Below, in pieces: positions 53,560 to 61,695 of a stretch of DNA of 64,000 nt. A program made the position numbers and the translations under genes. Position 1 is the stretch's first letter; each line of letters begins with the position of its first letter. The DNA comes from Candidatus Latescibacterota bacterium. GTDB taxonomy: Bacteria; Latescibacterota; UBA2968. Where the stretch lies: assembly GCA_965198115.1 (NCBI GenBank), contig OZ240241.1, positions 2,048,001-2,112,000 of the forward strand, given 5' to 3'. Under the pieces are notes generated by a model, which saw only the letters and a list, made by a program, of their open reading frames with translations, was not told the origin of the DNA and did not search any database.

Positions 53560-54561
53560 TCAAGCGATGTTCTTGAAATACTCGATCTTCCCACCCGCAG
53601 CCAGGTCTGCCACCTTGTCGATGAGGCCTTGACGGTCCTGTTGGCTCAACGCCACGAAATCGTGGGCTAGCACGATCTTCTCGCGCATCAGATCCGCGTT
53701 TTCGGCACCCGTAATCAGGACGCTTGCGGGTAGTGACCACACGAAGTGAAGGGCCTGGGCGACGCTGACGCGGCCAGGGATCACCGGGCTCTCGGTTTCC
53801 CACTGCACTCTGTCCAGCTTGATCTTCTTGGGAAAGAATCGTCCGTCTGCGAGCGTCTTCATCGCCAGCAGCGCCACATTGCGCTGTTGCAGGGTCGGCG
53901 TGATCTGTTCGATGAAGCTGTGGTAACTCGGGTCGAGCAGGTTCACGGGCATTTGGCACGTATCGAACAGATCCGTGTCCGCCGACCGCTCGAGCATTCG
54001 TCGGTGAGCCGCAGGGTTGCGGTGGCCCGTGAACCCGACGAAGCGCGCTTTGCCGGAGGCCTTAGCGCGTTCGAACACGTCCAGCACACCGCCCTCGATT
54101 CGCGCGTCTACGTCCTCAGGACTCCCGATCGCGTGGATCTGCCAGAGATCCAAATAGTCCGTCTTCAGCCGCTTGAGGGACTCGTCGAGGTGACGCTCTA
54201 CAGTCTCGGCATCTTTTCCGCCCGTTTTCGTCATAATGAAAACGTGTTCGCGGTATTTCGGTGTCAGGAATCGACCGTAGCGGTTCTCACTTTCCCCATC
54301 GGCATAGCTTTCCGCTGTGTCGAAGAAGCGCACGCCACCCGCCAGGGCTGCCTCGACCACAGCCTGTGCATCCCGCTCCGTCGTCCAACCGATGTGATAG
54401 CCGCCCACGCCGAGCATCGTGACCGACTCGCCGGTTCGACCGAGCTTTCTCTGCGGAAGCAACTCACCCAACCCGTCCCGAGCCCTGCCGCATCCCGCCG
54501 GGATCAGAACACTTGGCAGCGCGGCGAGCAGCGCTTTCAGAAAATGACGACGTTCCATCAT
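53560..54561 (-). CDS. Aldo/keto reductase with Tat signal peptide
   Basis: ERRHFLK...PAGC leader; FDTAESY and SLKRLKTDYLDLWQIH motifs. Confidence 0.9.
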   Translation of the reverse strand: MMERRHFLKALLAALPSVLIPAGCGRARDGLGELLPQRKLGRTGESVTMLGVGGYHIGWTTERDAQAVVEAALAGGVRFFDTAESYADGESENRYGRFLTPKYREHVFIMTKTGGKDAETVERHLDESLKRLKTDYLDLWQIHAIGSPEDVDARIEGGVLDVFERAKASGKARFVGFTGHRNPAAHRRMLERSADTDLFDTCQMPVNLLDPSYHSFIEQITPTLQQRNVALLAMKTLADGRFFPKKIKLDRVQWETESPVIPGRVSVAQALHFVWSLPASVLITGAENADLMREKIVLAHDFVALSQQDRQGLIDKVADLAAGGKIEYFKNIA

Positions 54562-54646
54562 AACCTCCGATTCAAAAGCAGAACGGGCGACGGGGCGATC
54601 GGGCGAAGAAGCGGATCCTCAAACGTGACACTCTCCAAGGTTTTGC

Positions 54647-54715
54647 TCAGGCATCACGTCCCGCCTCCGCATACTCGATGGGAATCGTGACGATGAATGT
54701 GGAGCCGACACCTAG
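54647..54715 (-). pseudogene. 3' remnant of a histidine kinase, cut at the IS end
   Basis: Reads LGVGSTFIVTIPIEYAEAGRDA*, the typical HATPase C-terminal GxGSTFxVxLP motif; abuts the IS1380 end at 54716. Confidence 0.65.
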
Positions 54716-54735
54716 CCTGAATTATGCATAAAAAA

Positions 54736-56155
54736 GGCTCTATCCGGGTTTCTCAACGGTGAAACTATAGAATGACAAGGTCATAGATCGTTCCCTACGC
54801 TTGGTTGTGTGTGTAGGACAATCAAAGCGAAGGGGGTGCGACCTATGACCGGGAGCAGATTACTATCGAAACTGCTGAGATTCAAGGGGTTCCGTGTTGT
54901 CAGCTGGTGGTTTGAGGGGAGAAGCTGTTTCGTCATCGCCGTAAAGCCACATAAGAATGGTTGTTGTTGTCCGGAGTGCGGCCGTCGAGGTAAAATCGTC
55001 CGCACAATGCCCCATCCGCGTCGGTGGCGTGACATTCCGGTGTGCGGGTGGAGGGTCTGGCTTCTCTACCATCCTCGGGAGATTCGGTGTCCTACCCACG
55101 GTCGTGTGGTCGAGGAGATTCCGTGGGCGGAGCGGTTCTCTCGGGTGACGTATCGCTTCGAGTATGCCATGCTGCGCTACTGCCAGACCATGACGCAGAA
55201 GGCGGCGTCCGAGTTACTGCGCATCTCTGCCTCGACGCTGTCGGATCTCCTTCACCGATCCATCACGCGGCTTCGTGAAGGTCATCGTATCCGAGGGCTC
55301 AAAACCATCGGGATCGACGAGATCTCCTACGCCAAGCGTCACAGGTACGCCACGCTCGTTTACGATCTGGACCGCTCCTGCGTGGTGTGGGTTGGCCGCG
55401 GCAGGGCGCGTAAAACGATCGATCGGTTCTTCACAGAGGCTCTCAGTCCCTACCGGAGATCCAAGATCGAGTGGGCCTGCTGCGACATGAGCGAAGCTTA
55501 CATCGGAGCCATCCAGGAACACTGTCCGAATGCCAAGCTGGTCCTCGATCGCTTTCACATCGTCAAGGCTCTCAATGCCGCCGTTGACGAGGTCCGTAAG
55601 GACCAGTGGCGTAAAGCTGCCCCGGATGAGCGCAAAGCCATGAAGGGCCTCCGATGGCTCCTCTACCGGCACTCAGCGACACGCTCCAGAGGGGATACTC
55701 GGACACTCAAAGCACTGGAGAAGGCGAACTACCGAATCTATAGAGCCTGGAGACTCAAGGACGAGTTCGAGCAGTTCTGGGAATACAAAGCGCCCTGGGC
55801 TGCCGAACGCTTCCTGAAATGCTGGACGACGTCCGCACTCAGAAGTCGACTTGAACCCCTGCGAAAGTTCGTCAGGACCCTGCGACAGCACTTCTTCGGC
55901 GTCCTCGCATTCGTGAACACGCGTCTTACCAACGCCATCGCCGAAGGCCTCAACCGAATCGTCCAAATCGTCAAGAACCGAGCCAGCGGATTCCGCACAC
56001 TCGACGCATTCAACGATATGATCTTCCTTACCGTCGGAGACATAAACATCCCTGAGCAGATTCCGAAGAGGTTCCGCACACGCTAACCGCGCCCCCATGC
56101 CAGGAACCACGGCACCTTCACCCACTTCATCTCGTTGAGAGATCCGGATATAGCC
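54736..56155 (+). mobile_element. ISL3-family insertion sequence
   Basis: Imperfect IRs GGCTCTATCCGGGTTTCTCAACG / CGTTGAGAGATCCGGATATAGCC; flanks ATAAAAAA / ATTAAAAA form an 8-bp direct repeat with one mismatch. Confidence 0.9.
54846..56086 (+). CDS. ISL3 family transposase
   Basis: CPECG zinc finger; IGIDE, CDMS, LDRFH and EGLN motifs. Confidence 0.93.
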
Positions 56156-56242
56156 ATTAAAAAGGTAGTCCCCTTGTACAAGTGTTTGTTTTTCCCTACA
56201 TTTAGGGCTGACACATCAAAACAACACTTGGAAGGAACTACC

Positions 56243-56733
56243 GTGATAGAACCTAGTCAGATCCGGTTACCATTCGCAAGCTTCGGGCAAGGTAGTTGAG
56301 GCTGATTTTGCCGGTGGCGCCGTCAGGAGTGACGGTGGAGTTCTGTTGCTTCGCGCCCTTGAGTCTCAGATGGGATTGATCGCCAGAATGGTAGATGCTT
56401 TGCGAGATCGTCGTCACCCAAGCTATATCGATCACACGCTTTTGGATCTTGTGAAGCAGCGTGTTTTTCAGATCGCTTGCGGCTATGAAGATGCCGTCGA
56501 TTGTGATGATTTGCGCCACGATCCGGGCGTCAAGGCTGCCTGCGATCGGCTTCCTCTTTCCGGTCCTGATCTCGGGAGCCAATCAACGATGACACGACTT
56601 GAGAATGATGTGCGACGCTCGGATTTGTATCGGCTCGCACGGGCTTTTGTAGACGGGTTCATCGCATCGTATGACCAGGCACCCCCAAGCATCATTCTCG
56701 ATATCGACGACACGGATGACCCAACGCACGGTG
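56243..56733 (+). pseudogene. IS1380 transposase 5' fragment
   Basis: SDGGVLLL, QRVFQIACGYED, LRHDP, SQSTMTRLEN and LDIDDTDDPTHG motifs, then similarity stops; frameshift near 56285. Confidence 0.85.
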
Positions 56734-56775
56734 CCGCCCGCGTACTCACACCATGAAGGTCAGAAAGGAATTGTA

Positions 56776-56940
56776 ATGGCGCATCTTCGAAGAATTAATC
56801 GACATAATAACACCAAGAAGAAGAATGGCAACACGCTTTCGTGCGATGACGGGTTCTACTACCCCGCCCCTGCCAAAACCCCCGATCTCAAGTCTGACGA
56901 TCAGGTCCAGGCCAAAGAAGCGAAGAAGAACGTCGCGTAA
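56776..56940 (+). CDS. Putative RiPP precursor peptide (54 aa)
   Basis: AAAGGA RBS; MAHLRRIN resembles the SCIFF leader MKHIKTLN; stop codon is 5 bp before the radical SAM start. Confidence 0.75.
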   Translation: MAHLRRINRHNNTKKKNGNTLSCDDGFYYPAPAKTPDLKSDDQVQAKEAKKNVA

Positions 56941-56945
56941 GGGTA

Positions 56946-58354
56946 ATGCTGAAGAAGTCTGACATCCATCTGTTCGACTACGAAGGCCGCCCAATCGTAC
57001 TTCAGATCCAAACGGGCGATTTCTTCGAAGTCACTCGGCTCGTCGCTGAGATCCTCCGATCGGATGACGGTATCCGTCGCGAGGATCTCGTAGCCGACCT
57101 CTCTCCGAGCCACGGTTTCGAAGCCGTCATCGACGCGCTTTCGGAACTCGAAGCGGCGGACCTGGTCTCGTTCGGCCCAGTCTGCCCGCTCGTCGACTCG
57201 GGGGACGGTGCGGTGGTCCCTCCCACCCGCACGTCCGCCGAGACGATCACGATCACCCTCCACGTTTCGCACGCCTGTAACGTCACCTGCTCGTACTGCT
57301 TTGCACTCGGCGGCGACTATGGCGGGGAACCCAAGCTGATGGCCTGGAAACGGCGAAGCAGACTGTGGATTGGCTGATCGAGGCAACTCGAGATGCGGGT
57401 CGGTGTCAGATCGACTTCTTCGGAGGCGAGCCGCTCCTCCATCTCGGCCTCGTGAAGAAGACCGTGGCTTATGCGCGCCAGCAGGGCGCTGCGAACGGCG
57501 TTGCGGTTTCGTTCGGAATGACGACGAACGGAACCCTCCTATCGGGCGACGCACTCGAGTTCCTGATGGAAGAAGACATTGGAATCATGGTCAGCATCGA
57601 CAGCCCCAAGGAAGTCCACGACGCACAGCGCAGCTTCAATAACGGTGAGTCGACGTACGACATCGTGGCGGCGAACACGACAGAAGCTGCCCGCCGTGCG
57701 CCCGACAAGGTCTTGCTCCGGGCGACGATGACGAATAAAAACCTCGACATGATGGCCCTCGTGGACGAACTCGAGGGTTTCGAGGTCAATTCCGTTGGTG
57801 TCGGACCAGCGTGGCTTTCTCATCATCATCCTACGGCGATTCGGAAAGAGCACCTCCCCGAACTCAGGAAGCACATCCGAACGCTCGCAAACGATGAGCT
57901 GAAGCGTATCAAAGAGGGGCACAAGGCTGAAACATTCGCACCATTGATCAAGAAAGTCTTGTCGGGACAGAAGCGGGAATACGGGTGTGGTGGTGGGAAG
58001 ACCTACTTTGGCGTCGACGTCGATGGCGACATCTATTTCTGCTCGGCCTTCGGCAGCATGCCCGAATACAAAATGGGCGACGTCTGGAAGGGGCTGGACC
58101 CCACGGTGGACGCACGTTTCCGACGCGACTTCCACGTCGACAACAAGAAGACGTGCAGCCAGTGCTGGGCCCGATACCTCTGTGGCGGAGGCTGTGCCTA
58201 CGATGCCAGGGTATCAACCGGCGAACCCACCGAACCCAATCCGGTCGCTTGCGAGCGTACCCGCTACTCGCACGAACTCGCAATGGGAATGGCTCTCGAG
58301 CTGAGCGACCACGCACCGGATGCACTCGACCGCCTCCAGATCGAAAAGGTCTGA
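56946..58354 (+). CDS. RRE-radical SAM-SPASM peptide maturase (CteB/QhpD-like), frameshift near 57347
   Basis: CNVTCSYC, FFGGEP, TTNGT, SID; SPASM CX12GX4C...CX2CX5CX3C...C; N-terminal PqqD/RRE-like domain. Confidence 0.9.
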
Positions 58355-58364
58355 CGGAGATAAA

Positions 58365-59786
58365 ATGAGCAATCAAACACACACGACAAAGACCCCCTTG
58401 CCGATGGCGGAAACCCCAGAAAGTGCCCCCTCTGCGGGTCTAAATGCTTCGGCAAGGGGGCCGAAACGTCTCCCCCACGAGGGTTGGATGTTGGCTCCCC
58501 TCTATGTCGCCGAACATCATCTGTTCGAGCACAATGGTCGCACGCTTCTCTTTGGCGTCGGAACGGCCGACTTCTTCGAGATCGATGATGTCGTCGAGGA
58601 TGTGCTGAAGACAATCGAGGGCACCACACTCATCCAGCTGTTCGAGCGTCTTCGATCCTCTCACGGCGAAAAGGATCTCTACAGCGCAGTCCGCGAACTC
58701 CGTGAGGCCGAGATCGTTTCCGAAGAGCGGCTTGCCCGCCCGACGGCACCGGTCCTTCCCGGTCGTCTCGAAGTTTCGGAAATCGTCCTTGAAGTAACCA
58801 CGGATTCTCTGTCAGCACAGAGCGGGAGTCAGTATCTCCGTCCGGCGACCGGTCGAGAGGCCATCAGACTGTTGATGGAGGAGTCGGGGTGTCTCCGCAC
58901 GTGTTCCCTCACGCTCACGGGAGAGCCACTCCTCAATTCCCAGCTCACACTCGATCTGCTCGATCACGCCATCGAACGCGCCGAGCAGATCGGCAAGCGA
59001 TTGCGCCTGGCCGTCGTCACCAATCCAAGATTGGTGAACGAGCGTATTCGTATCTCGCTGAAGCGTCGTGGTGTCGATCTCGTCATCAACGACACAGCGG
59101 GTACGCTCGAAGGCGTGCACGGCTCGGGACCGGCCAGCCTGCAGAGAAGCGCGCTCACGAGTAGTCCACCCACGCATCTTCGCATCGAATCGGTGGATGA
59201 AACGCCGGTGCACCAGATTCGAGAGGCTTTAGACGAAAATCAAAACCTCGCGACGGTCGATCTCCCACCATCGACACCCGGACACCTCTGTCCTGTCTCC
59301 GAAAGAGATCTCGAAGAACTCAGCGCATTCGTCAGCCAGCACGTCATGTCCTCGAAAATGACCTGGATCGGCCCGATCGAGGACTCGGCGGCTCAAGTCT
59401 TCAACGGCCGCCGCGCCAGCTACGGCGACTCAGCTGGCATCACCAGTCTCGCTGTTGGCTGCGATGGAACGATTTACGTGTCCGAAGAAGTCATCGGAGA
59501 TTCCCGCTACCGGATGGGCCACATCCAGAGTGGGCTCGATCAGGGCCGGCGGGCTCAGTGGATTCGAGAAGCCCACGTCGATGCCCGACCCGGCTGCCAG
59601 ACCTGTTGGGCCCGACATCTCTGCGGTGGCGGGTCGACGGTGGCGGTGGGCAATTGCCCAGATCCCGACTCCGACTACTGCACGATCGTGCGTCGGTCCT
59701 ACGAACTGGCAATGGGTTTATGCGTAGACCTCGACGTGCGAAACCCCGATCTCCTCGAACAACGCTACGGACAGGGTGCTGCGTGA
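58365..59786 (+). CDS. Degenerate RRE-radical SAM-SPASM paralog lacking CxxxCxxC
   Basis: N-terminus aligns with the first maturase (HLFE...TADFFEI); LTGEPLL; CQTCWARHLCGGGS...YC. Confidence 0.82.
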   Translation: MSNQTHTTKTPLPMAETPESAPSAGLNASARGPKRLPHEGWMLAPLYVAEHHLFEHNGRTLLFGVGTADFFEIDDVVEDVLKTIEGTTLIQLFERLRSSHGEKDLYSAVRELREAEIVSEERLARPTAPVLPGRLEVSEIVLEVTTDSLSAQSGSQYLRPATGREAIRLLMEESGCLRTCSLTLTGEPLLNSQLTLDLLDHAIERAEQIGKRLRLAVVTNPRLVNERIRISLKRRGVDLVINDTAGTLEGVHGSGPASLQRSALTSSPPTHLRIESVDETPVHQIREALDENQNLATVDLPPSTPGHLCPVSERDLEELSAFVSQHVMSSKMTWIGPIEDSAAQVFNGRRASYGDSAGITSLAVGCDGTIYVSEEVIGDSRYRMGHIQSGLDQGRRAQWIREAHVDARPGCQTCWARHLCGGGSTVAVGNCPDPDSDYCTIVRRSYELAMGLCVDLDVRNPDLLEQRYGQGAA

Positions 59787-60990
59787 ACATCCTCTTCTAC
59801 CAGGACACGTCGGGAGTCAGCGGGGCGGAGATATGGATCGCCGACGCCGCTCGACGTCTGCGCGAGCGAGGGCACGGGATCAGCCTGTCAGCGCCGACCG
59901 AATCCTGGATAGCTGCCCAAGACCGGCATCACGGATTCCCGCTCGTCGATTTCTTCTCCGGCGATGGATTCGACGCCCATCGGCGGTGGATCCTGGCTGA
60001 ACATCTTTCTGCAGCGAGCGTAGACATCGTGGTGTGCAGCATTCCCGGCGCAAGGATGGAGGTGCCACTCCTAGATCAAGCGATTCGGGATGCGGGACGA
60101 GGTAAAATCCTGATTCGTCTGGGTGTCGCCCCTGGCGAAGGCGCCTTTCCACCCGAACGAGTGGGCTACGGCTACGACACCGTTAGTGGGATCATTGCTG
60201 TCTCCCGCGACGTCAAGCATCATCTCGTCCGCAACTTCCCGATGCTCGACAGAGACAGAATCCACGTCGTCTACAATGGCGTCGACCTCGAGCGATTCGG
60301 TCCAGAAACCCACAGCGACGTCGAACGTGCCTCCCAGCGACGCGACCTGGACATTCCCGCCGACCACCGTGTCGTCGCGGCCGTCGGACGGCTCGATCCG
60401 ATCAAGAATCTGCCTTGCCTGATCGACGCAGCCGACATCGTCCTCGAGCGCTTCCCCGCGACCACCTTCGTCATCGCTGGCGACGGTGCAGAACGCGTCA
60501 CGCTCGAAAAATGCGGTCGTCTCCAAAGGGTTGAGTGACGCCTTTTCGCTTTCCCGGTTTCGTCAAAGATGTCCCTGGACTGTTGTCCATCGTCGACATC
60601 GTCGTGCATCCCTCCCTGTCGGAGGGCGTACCCAACACGCTTTTGGAAGCAATGGCTGCCCAGAAGGCCGTGGTGGCATCCGAGGTCGGTGGAATTTCGG
60701 AGGTCGTCGACAATCCTGAAGTCGGCGTGCTCGTTCCCCCCGCCAGTCCATCGGCTCTGGCCGAGACACTCACATCCCTCGTCGGCAGCGAGGATCGACG
60801 CGCAGGACTGGGCTCGAGGGCCCGAGCGCACGTTCTATCTCACTTTGACCGAGCCACCAACATCAGACAGATCGAAGACCTGTTCGACCAGGTTCTACGA
60901 TCGGCAACACCGCTCGCACCGGCGTCCGAACAGCAGCTATACGATCCACCCTACGCGTTTACTGCGCGTGACCATCTGTTGCGTGCATAG
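59783..60990 (+). CDS. GT4 (GT-B) glycosyltransferase (frameshifts between about 60510 and 60550)
   Basis: SGAE, VYNGVD, VGRLDPIKN, PSLSEGVPNTLLEAMA and VGGISE motifs; GTGA overlap with the upstream gene. Confidence 0.88.
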
Positions 60991-61123
60991 TCTGCCGGCG
61001 GCCGTCGGGTGGGCCGCCGGTGGACCATAGATTGGGAACCCCACAAAAGCTTCAGACGTGCAAAGAGTCGGGCAATCTTCTTCTGGGAGGATGCCCGTTT
61101 GTTTTTGACTAAACAGGCCTTCA

Positions 61124-61513
61124 ATGCCGAAGATTCTCCTCATCGACGACGAACCTGACGTGCGACACGTCACGCGGGAGTGCCTGTCAACCAAGGGCTT
61201 CGAGGTCGATATCCCGGCCGTCGAAGACTCGGCCATATCCCGCTCGACCGTTCAAGCGGCCACGACGGACGGATACGATCTGATCATTCTCGATCTCCGA
61301 CTCCCACACCTGGACCCGTTCGATCTGATTCGATCCGTAAACGAATCAGAGGGTCCGCCGATCATGGTTCTGGCCGGTTTTCTGTCGCTGGAGCTCGAGA
61401 GCAGCCTGCGAGCAGCCGGAGTCCATTCGTTCACGACCAAACCGTTTACATTTTCGGATCTCCTGTCCTCGGTCGAAGAGTGCATGGCATCATCGGTGGC
61501 CGTCCGTATTTGA
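61124..61513 (+). CDS. Single-domain response regulator
   Basis: ILLIDDE, ILDLRLP and TKPF motifs. Confidence 0.85.
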   Translation: MPKILLIDDEPDVRHVTRECLSTKGFEVDIPAVEDSAISRSTVQAATTDGYDLIILDLRLPHLDPFDLIRSVNESEGPPIMVLAGFLSLELESSLRAAGVHSFTTKPFTFSDLLSSVEECMASSVAVRI

Positions 61514-61544
61514 AACCGGGAAAAAGATCACTCACAAAATACAG

Positions 61545-61579
61545 GAGGGGATCGCGAAGCACGCGATCCCCTCTTTCTT
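61545..61579 (+). terminator. Rho-independent terminator
   Basis: GAGGGGATCGCG-N5-CGCGATCCCCTC followed by TTTCTT. Confidence 0.75.
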
Positions 61580-61614
61580 GTGCAATAGGGCGAAGCCGTC
61601 TCGGCCGCCAACCG

Positions 61615-61695
61615 CCTGCCCTGAGCTGTGCCCTGAGTAAGCGACCGAAGGTCGCTGTACCGAAGAGTAGCCTGCGAAGCAGGCTTATTGAAGGG
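61615..61695 (+). repeat. Nested REP-like element
   Basis: Two TGCCCTGAG starts, two GAA-loop hairpins, ending in GAAG / GAAGGG. Confidence 0.55.

Larger units (their letters stand above)
54716..56733 (+). mobile_element. Truncated IS1380-family element interrupted by ISL3
   Basis: Left end CCTGAATTATGCAT; leader hairpin GGTAGT...ACTACC at about 56164-56242; 5' part of the transposase only. Confidence 0.75.

Noticed and set aside
56946-58354. Radical SAM/SPASM enzyme as an anaerobic sulfatase maturase for the five sulfatases
   Set aside because: It has an N-terminal RRE-like domain that anSME lacks and an adjacent precursor-like peptide; its motifs look closer to CteB/QhpD
56776-58354. Standard SCIFF or quinohemoprotein amine dehydrogenase (qhp) locus
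   Set aside because: The peptide has one Cys and no Trp, and no qhpA/qhpB genes are present
5103-60990. Many split genes read as pseudogenes or programmed frameshifts
   Set aside because: The 1-bp indels are scattered over unrelated genes, often at short homopolymers (e.g. TGGAAA near 57347), which fits long-read consensus error; this needs read polishing to confirm
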